NCBI GenBank assembly: GCA_951406725.2
Contig: OX597842.1
Span: forward strand, 24,924,001-24,988,000
Length of the DNA: 64,000 nucleotides
From: Octopus vulgaris
Lineage: Eukaryota
Direction: 5' to 3'
A program made the translations under genes and the position numbers. This document shows positions 1 through 12,680 of this stretch, piece after piece. Within the stretch, counting starts at the first letter, position 1; each line of letters starts with the position of its first letter. A model generated the notes under the pieces. The model was not told where the DNA came from. It searched no databases and saw only the letters and a list, made by a program, of their open reading frames with translations.

Positions 1-527
1 CCAAAGGTTTTGTATGGTCCACATCATTAACAAATTAATGATATTTACTCGTATTATACTAATTACACTTCCTGGAACCCCTGCATTTTAAATATGTCAG
101 TGAATTGATGTCTTTTTAGTTTAATGAATTGACCCCAGGACTTTTTTTTTTTTGTTTTTATTTTTTTAAGCCTGTTACTTATTCTATTGGTCTCTTGCCA
201 AACTGCTAATTTACAGGGATGTAAACACACCAACACTGTTTGTCAAGTGGTGGTCAGGGACAAACACACACACATGACAGTCTTCTTTCAGTTTCCGTCT
301 ACCAAATCCACTCACAAAGCTTTTGTCAGCCACAGAAACTGGGAAACCGGGCCCATGAGCCTGGCTAGGCTTGAAAAGGGTGCATAAATAAAAAAGGGCT
401 CAACTGGCCATAGAAAATCTGCCTTAGTAGATTTCTGCAAGCATGTAAAAGGTTGACAGTAAAACGATGATGATGGCTAGTTTTAGATAATTCATTAAAT
501 ATTTTTTTCTTTTTTCTTTTTTTACAG

Positions 528-636
528 AAGAGAGCGTTACCAATTCCCCTTTGTAGCTTTTGTTTGGGAACTGTGGAGCAGAACAGAGATAGCATTCCGG
601 AGGAATTGATCTCCTGTGCTGATTGTGGCAATAGTG
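528..636 (+). CDS. KAT6B: KAT6 exon: first half of PHD finger 1 ([37 protein letters not shown])
   Basis: Polypyrimidine tract plus tttacag acceptor, G|gtaagt donor (phase 1). Matches the KAT6 motif PIPICSFCLG...[13 protein letters not shown]. Confidence 0.95.
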
Positions 637-1207
637 GTAAGTATCGCTTCTTTGACCCCTTGTCATCGCTGTTGTTCAGCCCTAGCTCAAACTTCATCCA
701 AAGGACCTATTTATTTATTCATTCATGCCTGATGTTCCTAGTGTAATCTTTGTTGTTGCTGTTGTTTAGCCTGGAGCCAGCTGCTCTCCAGCTGAGTGTT
801 GATCGAAGCTGTGATAGCCTTGACCATCCCAATGTCCAGACATAGTGTATCCAGAACTGCAAGGTGTTTGGGGTACATTTGACAGTTTGCATAAAAGGCA
901 AAGGAAAAACACGAACACACACACGCTTGTAAAAAATGAAGAATGTGTATAAGACAAGTTACAAACAATGGTCATTACATATTTTCCCTTTATTGGAGCA
1001 AATTTGGCTCACAGTTGTTTCCAGTAGTCATTATAGGTACATTACTGATAGGTAATGTTGGTCTATTGCCTGGATTGATAATCTCTCACTATTAGCTCTG
1101 TTAGGTGTGTATGTATGTATGCATGCATGTATGTATGTCCCATCCAAAAATAAAAGTATTTTAAAAATCGAAAAATATCAACTAGATTATGGATGGGAGA
1201 TAACAGA

Positions 1208-1310
1208 TTACTCAAAGTAGCTGCCCTCAGCTTCCATCTTGGCCTCAAGATGACTCTGGAACCTGGAACATGTGTTCCTCACTGTCCCTGGTAAGATCTT
1301 CTAATACCCC
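1208..1310 (-). mobile_element. Tc1/mariner-superfamily transposase C-terminal relic
   Basis: Minus strand reads ...PGTVRNTCSRFQSHLEAKMEAEGSYFE*, typical of a Tc1-like C-terminus. Frameshifted upstream. Confidence 0.65.
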
Positions 1311-1357
1311 ATCCCTGATCATAGAGTTTGGGAGGTCTGCACAGTAGGTTTTGTCTG

Positions 1358-1400
<43 letters not shown>

Positions 1401-1499
1401 ACAATGTAACTGCACATGTGCTGTTGGCAATTTCTTTTCTTGTTTGGACTTTTTCCTTTCTGATGAAGAGCTATGCTTGAATTGTCAAAAACGCTCTCT

Positions 1500-1953
1500 T
1501 TTTACCAAGTGTCAAGCTATTACATTCCTTGTGCACATCCCCTTGTTGTCTGGAGACCTTGTGCTTGAGGAGACCTATTGAGTCAAGTACATCAACATAA
1601 AAAATCAAATGAAAATTGTAGTTGTGATACCTGTGCCGGTGGCATGTAAAATGCACAATCCAAACATGGCCGATGCCAGCACCACCTTGACTGGCTTCCA
1701 TGCCGGTGGCATGTAAAAAGCACCAACCGATCATGGCCATTGCCAGCCTTGCCTGGCACCTGTACTGGTGGCATGTAAAAAGCACCCACTACACTCACGG
1801 TGTGGTTGGCGTTAGGAAGGGCATCCAGCCGTAGAAACACTGCCAGATCAGACTGGAGCCTGGTGCAGCCTCCTGGCTTCCCAGATCCCAGTCGAACCTT
1901 CCAACCCAATGCTAGCATGGAAAATGGACGTTAAACAATGATGATGATGATGA
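1500..1953 (+). mobile_element. SINE-like repeat family D (gttaggaagggcatccagc core, (GAT)n tail; associated with RTE LINE ends)
   Basis: Same sequence recurs in either orientation at about 5860-6400, 28135-28470, 35086-35316, 47460-47850, 50640-51055, 55753-56383, 56745-56970 and 60676-61310. Confidence 0.75.
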
Positions 1954-2179
1954 TTCGTTTATTTGAATTGACTATACACACGCACATACACAAGGGGCTT
2001 CTTTCAGTTTCTGCCTGCCAAATCCACTCAAAAGGCTTTGGTTGGCCCGAGGCTATAGCGAAAGACACTAGCTTATGGTTCTATGTAATTGGGAAGCAAA
2101 TTTCTTATCACACAGCCATACCTGTACCTATAATCATGTTAATTGTGTTGAATAAATTTTTCTTTCTTTTTTGTTGCAG

Positions 2180-2292
2180 GTCACCCATCTTGTTTGAAAT
2201 TTTCCGCAGATCTGACATCGAAAGTGAAGATGTTACGTTGGCAGTGTATAGAATGTAAAATATGTTCTTTTTGTGGGAAATCAGGAAAAGAG
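2180..2292 (+). CDS. KAT6B: KAT6 exon: end of PHD1 and start of PHD2 ([37 protein letters not shown])
   Basis: ttgcag acceptor, GAG|gttggt donor (phase 0). HPSCLKFS...LRWQCIECK is the double-PHD signature. Confidence 0.95.
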
Positions 2293-2597
2293 GTTGGTTC
2301 CGTTCCATGGCCATTTTTACCTTTCGCTCTTCACTTTAAACGTTCATCAGCTGTACTGTCTGTCCTTGGCCCAGATATCCCCTGCATCTTATATTTTTTA
2401 CTTGCTTCAGTCATCTGACTGCGGTCATGCTGGGGTACCGTTAAGCAAACCACTAAGTTACAGGGATGTAGACAAACCAACACCAGTTGTCAAGCAGTGG
2501 TGTTTCTTTCAGTTTCTGTCTATCAAATCCACTCACAAGGCTTTGGTTGACCTGAGGCTGTTGTAGAAGTCACTTGCCCAAGGTGCCATGCAGTCAA

Positions 2598-3992
<1,395 letters not shown>

Positions 3993-4039
3993 ATGTTTGT
4001 GTTCTTCCTATTTTATGATATTGTTTTCTTTTTCTTCAG

Positions 4040-4118
4040 GATATGTTATTCTGTGATTCATGTGACCGAGGTTTCCACATGGAATGCTGTGATCCCCCAC
4101 TTCACAGAGCGCCTAAAG
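4040..4118 (+). CDS. KAT6B: KAT6 exon: PHD2 ([27 protein letters not shown])
   Basis: ttcttcag acceptor, AAAG|gtaacg donor (phase 1). Near-identical to KAT6[21 protein letters not shown]. Confidence 0.95.
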
Positions 4119-4428
4119 GTAACGTACCTCTCTAATTGGTTAACGCTTTAATTTTCTTTATCTTCTTCGTTATCATCGTCAATAAGACACTGAGCTGTCT
4201 GAACTGTTAGCTTGTTGGGTAAAAATGCGTCTCAAGATCTTGTGAGTTAGTTCAAATGCCACTGAGGCTGACTTTGCCCTTCATCCTTTCGGGGTTGATA
4301 AAATTAGCCCCAGTCAAGTATTGGGTTGACATGTCCAAGACTGGTGCAGTCTTCTGCCGAGCCAGCACTTATCAAACTGTCCAACCCAAACCAGCATAGA
4401 AGGAGGGTGTTAAATGGTGTTGTAATCA

Positions 4429-4663
4429 AGGCGGTGAGCTGGCTGAAACGTTAGCATGCCGGGCGAACTGCTTAGCGGTTTTTCGTCTGCCGTTACGTTC
4501 CGAGTTCAAATTCCGCCGAGGTCGACTTTGCCTTTCATCCTTCCGGGGTCGATTAAATAAGTGCCAGTTACGCACTGGGGGTCGATGTAATCGACTTAAA
4601 TACCTATGTCTGTCCTTGTTTGTCCCCTCTGTGTTTAGCCCCTTGTGGGTAGTAGAGAAATAG
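4429..4663 (+). mobile_element. tRNA-derived SINE family B (ggcgagctggcagaaacgttagc...gagttcaaattccgccgaggtcgactttgcctttcatcc)
   Basis: A-box/B-box-like head. Further copies at about 14951, 31466, 37370 (tandem), 38241 (minus), 43590-44930 and 62397. Confidence 0.8.
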
Positions 4664-4936
4664 GTGTTGTAATCACCTTCCACCTTCTCTCAAAAACAGT
4701 GTCCTGTGCCAAAATTTGAAACCATAAATATTATTTACTGCTTTTACTAATATCAGTGGCACTTTAAAAGGGTCAACATTAGGTATTGGAGGACCTAAGA
4801 AGGCTCTAGGTGCAGACCATTCTTCTAGACCCAACAATTGAAAGTATTTTATAAAGATTACAATATCTAATGTGTCCTCTATGTTTAACCCTTTTGATGC
4901 TACACCTGGCATTGCCCCCATTTCTATAATACAAAT

Positions 4937-5445
4937 ACTCTTTTACTTGTTTCAGTCATTTGACTGTGGCCGCCTTTAGTCGAGCAAATTGACCCCAGAA
5001 CTTATTCTTTGTAAGCCTAGTACTTATTCTATCGGTCTCTTTTGCCAAACCGCTAAGTGACGGCGACGTAAACACACCAGCATTGGTTATCAAGTAATGC
5101 TAAGGGGACAAACACAGACACACAAACATACACACACACACACACACATATATATATACATATATACGACGGGCTTCTTTCAGTTTCCGTCTACCAAATC
5201 CACTCACAAGGCTTTGGTCGGCCCGAGGCTATAGAAGAAAACACTTACCCAACATGCCATGCAGTGGGACTGAACCCGGAACCATGTGGTTGGTAAGCAA
5301 GCTACTTACCACACACCCACTCCTGTTTCAGTCATTTGACCATGTGGTTGGTAAGCAAGCTACTTACCACACACCCACTCCTGTTTCAGTCATTTGACCA
5401 TGTGGTTGGTAAGCAAGCTACTTACCACACAGCCACTCCTGCGCC
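4937..5445 (-). mobile_element. tRNA-derived SINE family A (head ggcgcaggagtggctgtgtggtaag...ggttcagtccc, internal TA/CA microsatellite, tail gtcaaatgactgaaacaagtaaaaga)
   Basis: Pol III A box (TGGCTGTGTGG) and B box (GGTTCAGTCCC) on the minus strand; many near-identical copies in the window. Confidence 0.85.
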
Positions 5446-5869
5446 TATGATTTAAATTAAATTAAATGAGTTAAATTAAAACCAAAGTGATATAAATGAA
5501 AACCCTCCATCAGAATTTTGTGGTAATTTTTGTTCCTAACACTGGATTAGTAATCATGGTTATTTTACTAAATTCTTCATTTTTAAAATCAATTGAAAGG
5601 AAAGTAATTATACTTCAATACAAATATGGTAATAAAAGTATTAAAGTGAACCTAACATGAAATTTTGTCGGAAGGTTTTTCATTTACTTCCAAAACACCA
5701 GCTTGATAATGACAACTATTTTATGAAATAAAACTTCAACAAAAGGGTTCGAGTGATCTAAATTTAGAATCTTCCATCAAAATTTCAAGTTAATTAATGT
5801 TACAAACATCAGCTTAATGACAAAATTATTTTACTAAATTATATATATTTATGTATCAGTGGCACGTAA

Positions 5870-6240
5870 AAAGCACCAGCCTCGTCTGGCACCTGTGTCG
5901 GTGGCACATAAGAAAACATTGAAAACACCATACGAGCGTGGCCGTGTGCCAGCCTCGTCTGGCACCTGTGTCGGTGGCACATAAAAAACACCATCCGAGC
6001 GTGGCCGTCTGCCAGCCTCGTTTGGCACCTGTGTCGGTGGCACATAAAAAACACCATCCGAGCGTGGCCGTCTGCCAGCCTCGTCTGGCACCTGTGTCAG
6101 TGGCACATAAAAAACACCATCCGAGCGTGGCCGTCTGCCAGCCTCATCTGGCACCTGTGTCGGTGGCACATAAAAACACCATCCGAGCGTGGCCGTCTGC
6201 CAGCCTCGTCTGGCACCTGTGTTGGTGGCACATAAAATCA
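5870..6240. repeat. Minisatellite of about 61 bp (about 6 copies) expanded inside a family D element
   Basis: Repeated ccagcctcgtctggcacctgtgtcggtggcacataaaaaacaccatccgagcgtggccgtctg. Confidence 0.9.
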
Positions 6241-6862
6241 CCCACTACACTCTTGGAGTGGTTGGCGTTAGGAAGGGCATCCAGCCGTAGAAACATTGCC
6301 AGATCAGGCTGGGCCTGGTGCAGCCTTCTGGCTTCCCAGACCCCAGTTGAACCGTCCAACCCATGCTAGCATGGAAAGTGGATGCTAAACGACGATGATG
6401 ATTCAATATTTTGCTCAGAGTGGTTTCTTGAGCAAGACACTTTATTTCACGTTGCTCCAGTTCACTCAGCTGTAGAAATGAGTTGCGACATCACAGATGC
6501 CAAGCTGTATTGGCCCCTTTGTCTTTCCCTTGGATAACATCAGTGGTGTGAAGAGGGGAGACCGGTATGCATGGGCGACTGCTGGCTTTCCATAAACAAC
6601 CTTGCACGTACTTGTGCCTGGGAGGGTAACTTTCTAGGTGCAATCCCATGGTCTGTGTCGTAACCGAAGGGGGTCTCAGGTTTCTTGGGCATTTTTTTCT
6701 CTTGGTAGGGATTGCTTTAACACCATTCAAATTTTATTATTCTGGCCCTTTTCTCTTTAGTTCTTTTGGCACCAACATGCTCAAACTTACCTTTTGGAAA
6801 GTGAGATAAATTAAAAACTTCCATCAAAATTTCAGCTTAATTAATGACAACTGTTTTATTAA

Positions 6863-7083
6863 CCCTTTCGTTATTGTATTTATTTTGAGATGTTCTGTGT
6901 TTTTTTCAATTATTTTAAATATAATAAAGAATTTAGTAAAATAACTTAGTTATCATTAAGCTAGTGTTAGGAAGGTAAATTGTGATTAAGGCTTGGTGAA
7001 AAATTTTTAATTTAGAGTTTATGAAAACAAGACATTTGTACTCAGAGCCAGAGCTGGTTTTGGCCGGGTTAGTAACAAAAGGG
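6863..7083. mobile_element. piggyBac-type MITE with TTAA target duplication
   Basis: ttaa|ccctttcgtta ... taacaaaaggg|ttaa; CCC/GGG termini. Confidence 0.75.
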
Positions 7084-7610
7084 TTAAATAAAACTTTAAC
7101 AAAAGGGTTTGAGTGATCTAAATTCAGAACCTTCCATCAAAATTTCAGGTTAATTAATGTTACAAACATCAGCTTAATTAATGACAACTGTTTTATTAAA
7201 TAAAACTTTAACAAAAGGGTTTGAGTGATCTAAATTTAGAACTTTCCATCAAAATTTCAGGTTAATTAATGTTACAAACATCAGCTTAATTAATGACAAC
7301 TGTTTTATTAAATAAAACTTTAACAAAAGGGTTTGAGTGATCTAAATTTAGAACCTTCCATCAAAATTTCAGGTTAATTAATGTTACAAACATCAGCTTA
7401 ATTAATGACAACTGTTTTATTAAATAAAACTTTAACAAAAGGGTTTGAGTGATCTAAATTTAGAACTTTCCATCAAAATTTCAGGTTAATTAATGTTACA
7501 AACATCAGCTTAATTAATGACAACTGTTTTATTAAATAAAACTTTAACAAAAGGGTTTGAGTGATCTAAATTCAGAACCTTCCATCAAGATTTCAGGTTA
7601 CTTTATGTTC
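7084..7610. repeat. 112-bp tandem repeat, about 4.7 copies
   Basis: gggtttgagtgatc recurs at 7105, 7217, 7329, 7441 and 7553. Confidence 0.93.
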
Positions 7611-7835
7611 CAAACACCAGGTTAATAACGGCTAAGTTGTTTCAATTAATTTAGTAAAATTCTTCATTATATTCAGAAATTAATTGAAACGAAGGGAATG
7701 CATTTCATGAAAAGTATTTAGCAAAAGGATGTTGATAGAGAGATTTGACTGCTATTTCTAGACAGCTGTATGACTGCACTGCCACCTTTCGTTTCTTCAT
7801 AAAGTAAATGCTCGAATGTCTTTCTCTGTTTGTAG

Positions 7836-7992
7836 GTGCGTGGATTTGTAAAATCTGTGATCCTCGGATTATTAAGCGGGGGAGAAGGGAGAGTGATGTG
7901 GTGGCAAAGGTAACGAGGAACAGTCCAAAACCAGTCAGGAATGGCATTGATAGAGTCAACCTACGACCCACTACAAAGAACAGTTCATTGAG
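7836..7992 (+). CDS. KAT6B: KAT6 exon: end of PHD2 (GAWICKICDP) and basic linker
   Basis: tttgtag acceptor, AG|gtaagt donor (phase 2). WICxxC completes PHD2. Confidence 0.93.
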
Positions 7993-8325
7993 GTAAGTTA
8001 TGAGTACTGTATATAAAGGTGTGTTATGAAGTATTTAGGGGCTATGTATGCCGTGTACAAGGGTAGTATTTTGATATATAGCGTCTGTGTGTGCTGCATA
8101 CAAGGGTAGTATTTCGATATATATATATATGAGCCTGGTGCAGCCGCTGGTTCTCCAGACCTCAATCAAACCGTCTAACCCATGCCACCATGGAAAACAA
8201 ACGTTAAACGATGATGATGAGGGGCTGTGTTTTAGGGTAGTGTTTTGATGTTTATAGAGGCTGTCTATAAGGTAGTGTTTATATATATGTGTGTGTGCGT
8301 ATGTGTGTGCGTATGTGTGTGCATA

Positions 8326-8356
<31 letters not shown>

Positions 8357-8359
8357 ATA

Positions 8360-8412
<53 letters not shown>

Positions 8413-8414
<2 letters not shown>

Positions 8415-8711
8415 AGACGCAATGGCCCAGTGGTTAGGGCAGCGGACTCGCGGTCGGAGGATCACGGTTTCGATTCCCAGACCGGGCGTTGTGAGTGTTT
8501 ATTGAGCAAAAACACCTAAAGCTCCACGAAGCTCCGGCAGGGGGTGGTGGCGATCCCTGCTGTACTCTTTCGCCACAACTTTCTCTCACTCTTTCCTCTG
8601 TTGGCCTGCTTGCTTAGCCAGCGGGGTGGCGTCATTTGAAGGCCAAAACAATGTGAAGCGCATTGTGACCAGCGATGTGTAACAACATCTGATAGCCTTG
8701 TCAGTCACGGT

Positions 8712-8712
<1 letters not shown>
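8413..8712 (+). mobile_element. tRNA-derived SINE family C (ggagacgcaatggcccagtggttagggcagcggactcgcggtc...ggtttcgattccc)
   Basis: tRNA-like head with A and B boxes; second copy at 63198-63575; related heads at about 32510 and 49785. Confidence 0.8.
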
Positions 8713-8745
<33 letters not shown>

Positions 8746-9409
8746 TATAAATAATGATGAGATCGTTAATTTAAATATCGATCTTATCAAATGGCCAGCA
8801 TGGGAATAAAAACCTTCAAAGGTAATAATTATTATTAGAATTATAATTTAGGGTATCTGAGAGATACCGCCATGCTAGAAACGACAGCCAAAACCTGACT
8901 CTAAAACCACAGTAATTTTTTGCTAGTTTATTTTGTCTTTTTGTCTTCTCTCCTGGTGCTGTATGAACGTACAGGAAGGGGCTGTGTGCATGGAATGTGC
9001 AGTGGGGTGGGACAGGACACTGTGTGTGTGAGTGTGGGTGTATGCTGTGTATAAGGGTAGTGTTTTGATATATATATATATATCTAGGGGCTGTTTGTGC
9101 TATGTATAAGGGTAGTGTCTTGATATGATATATAGGGGCTGTGTATAAGGGTAAGGGCTTTTGTGTGTGGTTTGTACAGGGGCTTGTGGATGATGTTTGC
9201 ACAAGGGTATTTTCCTTTGGTGTGTACAAGCGGTGGGAGGTGTGTGCTCCTTATGGAGGGCTTTGTGTTGTGTGTATGCAGAAGCTATCTATGTATTCTA
9301 AGAGCTGTGTGATGTGTATTTGGCCCTTTTTGTGTGATTCTGTGTTGTTGTAATTAGCTTACTGTTCTGTTGCTCATCGTAATTAATGTTATCTCTTGCC
9401 CTTCTTCAG

Positions 9410-11538
9410 GCAGTACACTTGTCCACGGTTAACCACACAACAGCAGCAGCAACAGCAGCAGCAGCAGCAGACAGTACCTGCCGCAACGACAGCAGCAGCA
9501 GCAACAACAACCACAACAACATCAACAACAACAACAACAGCATCAACACCACCGGTCACACGAAGGGGGACTGCAGGTGCTCGACTAAAGGCCCAGAGAA
9601 GTACGAAGAGCAGAAGGTCGTCTACGTTGAACAGTTGCAGCGGTGCATCTGTGAGCGACAAGGGCCAGCTCTCCAACCATGACCACCACCACCATCCAAC
9701 ACATCCTGGTAAAGTACCCCCTCTTCAGCAAAATGGTGAACACTGTTCATCGTCGGAGAGCGACGAGTTGGAGAACGCTGGCCGGGACCAGGCGGACCCG
9801 ACTGTGCCGCCGCCGCCTTCGTCGTCATCGCTGAACAGCAGCAAGCCAAAGGGGCTGTTTGATGGCCTCTCCCGCTTCTTTACCCCTTCAAACAAACGTA
9901 AATCTCGCGTGTCGTTGAACACATGTAACACAAACCCCTCCGTCTCTTCTTCTTCCTCCTCCCTATCAATGACCCCGGTTTTGCCAGCTCTTGCTCTCAT
10001 CCCCGACAATGCCACAACCACCAACACCACCACAACCACCAACACCACCACCACCTCTTCTTCTTCAGCTCCTTCCGTCTCTTCCGTTTCTTCTTCTTCT
10101 TCGTCTTCTCCTTCTTCTTCATCATCGTGTGTAAAGATACAGAACAAATCTCTGTCGGCTGTGCAGCAAAACTCGCAATGTCAGAGTAATTCGCAGCAGG
10201 CTGCCAGCAAGATCCTGCGCAAGTCTCGCATGCTGCAGGCGAGCAAGGGCCGGAAGAAAGCAGGGGGGCCGCCGGGTAGCGGGCAGCTAAAGGGGCTTTT
10301 CGACGGCCTCTCGCACCTGTTCACCGCCCAGGGTGAGTCCCGCAAGCGTAACATACCCGTGTACACGCCGCCGCGCAGGATGCGCAGGGCGAGGAACAAC
10401 AACAACAACACCGGCAACGGCAACAACAACGATGCGTGCACCCCTGCAGGGGCAGTGGCGTCGGGCCCCGCTTCCGGTGTCCTGTCGGCTGCTGCCGCGG
10501 CGCCGGCCCCGGTGCCTGCTGCATCGCCGTTGACTGCACCGCCGCCGCAACCACCGCCCCCTCCTCCTCCTCCTACTCCCCCGCCTGCCCCTCCCTCTCG
10601 TTCACATTCGTCGTCAGTGCAGTCTGGTACTCACCGGCAAAGGACTCACGTGTCTCCGTCAGTAAAGCCGCCGTCGTCTACTACTACTACCACCGCCGCC
10701 GCCACCACCACCACTGCGGCAGCAACAACAACAACAACAACCACAGCAACGGCAACTACTGGTGTGACCCCGTCTCGCCGTGCGGCTCACTCGTCGACGT
10801 GTGCCGCCACGGCGACTCGGGCGGGCAGCCGAGACGCGGCGTTGACGACGGCCGCCACAGCGCGGGACAGTCCGGTGACGCGGACGCCATCGCAGCAGCA
10901 ACACCACCACCACCAACAACAACAACAACCAACACCACCACCACCTCCAGCTCATACTCCACCATCATTGTCTTCACCAACTCCACCACCATCACAACCC
11001 CCGCCACCACCGCCGCCGCCGACGCCGTCCAGAAGGGGTCGGGGTAGAGGGCGGGACCGCAACTCTTCCTCCTCCTCCTCCTCCTCCTCCTCCTCTACCT
11101 CCAAGTCTGATCTTGCAGCAGCAGCACTGACAACAGCAACAACAACTACAACAACAACAGCAGCATCAACAACCACCACAACACCACCACCACCACCTCC
11201 ACCATCATCATCATCAACATCAACAACTATGGCAGTCCCTGGAAGTCTGGTTGCAGCAGCTGCCACCACGTCTACTACTACTGCCGCTGCTGCTGCTGCT
11301 GCTACTACTACTATTACTACTACTACTACTTCTACTGCCACCATCACCACTACCACTTCTACTACTACTTCTACCACCACCGCTACCACCACCGTCGCCA
11401 CTGCCACCACTACCACCACCACCACCGCCAACATTTCTCCCTCAGCCGACAAGCGTCACCGCGAAGTCAGAGACACACTCCACTCGACTGACACCACTGC
11501 AGTGACGGGGAGAGGGCGTGGACGGTCACGCTCTTCTG
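9410..11538 (+). CDS. KAT6B: KAT6 giant exon (2129 nt): low-complexity Q/T/S/P/A linker with two conserved GLFDGLS motifs
   Basis: cttcttcag acceptor (phase 2), TCTG|gtaaga donor (phase 1). Open frame is ORF 9396..11780. Contains [14 protein letters not shown] and [29 protein letters not shown], resembling KAT6A/B linker motifs. Confidence 0.88.
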
Positions 11539-11592
11539 GTAAGAGAATGAAGAAAATTAGCGTCTTTTCTCTCTCGATGTGTTCTTTGAGTC

Positions 11593-11731
11593 ATATCTAT
11601 CTATCTATCTATCTATATATATATATACACACACACACACGCAGACAAATATATACACACACACATAAATATTTATATACATATACAGATATATATATAT
11701 ATATATACAAACACACATATATATATATCTA

Positions 11732-11777
<46 letters not shown>

Positions 11778-11851
11778 TAAATATCTCTACATATTTATGT
11801 ATATATAAATATATATATATTATTCTATATATAAATATCTGTATATATATA

Positions 11852-11903
<52 letters not shown>

Positions 11904-12264
11904 TATATACATATCTGTATATATATATATCTAAAACTATATAATACATATGTACATATATAGATTTGATGATGATGATATCCAGCTATATATCTGTATA
12001 TACATTGCTATCTATCTATCTATATATGTATATATACATACATATCTATGTATATATACATACATATCTATGTATATATACATACATATCTATGTATATT
12101 AACATACATCTATATCTATACATACATATCTATATCTATGTATACATACACATCGATATCTATGTATAAATACATATCGATATCTATGTATACATACATA
12201 TCGATATCTATGTATGTATACATACATACAGGTATGTATGTATGTATGTATATGTATGTATGTA

Positions 12265-12310
<46 letters not shown>

Positions 12311-12403
12311 CACACACACATACATACATACATACCTATATCTATGTATATATACATATCTATATCTATCTATATAAATACATATCTATCTATCTATATA
12401 TAT

Positions 12404-12437
<34 letters not shown>

Positions 12438-12471
12438 GCACATATATATATATATATATACACACATATGT

Positions 12472-12504
<33 letters not shown>

Positions 12505-12552
12505 AAATCTATGTATATATCTAAATATACATTATTATATGTATATGTGTGC

Positions 12553-12593
<41 letters not shown>

Positions 12594-12680
12594 TGTATGA
12601 CTGTGTTTATGTATAAATATATATATGTATGCATGTATGAATGTGTTTATATATGTGTATATATACATATTTATTTATAT
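11593..12680. repeat. Compound TA/CA/TATC microsatellite block
   Basis: Directly visible, just after the giant exon donor. Confidence 0.95.

Noticed and set aside
8413-8490. tRNA-like sequence
   Set aside because: Continues into a repeat body that recurs at 63198; a SINE head, not a tRNA gene.
9389-11505. Antisense and alternative-frame ORFs over the giant exon
   Set aside because: Shadows of GC-rich trinucleotide repeats; no recognisable domains.
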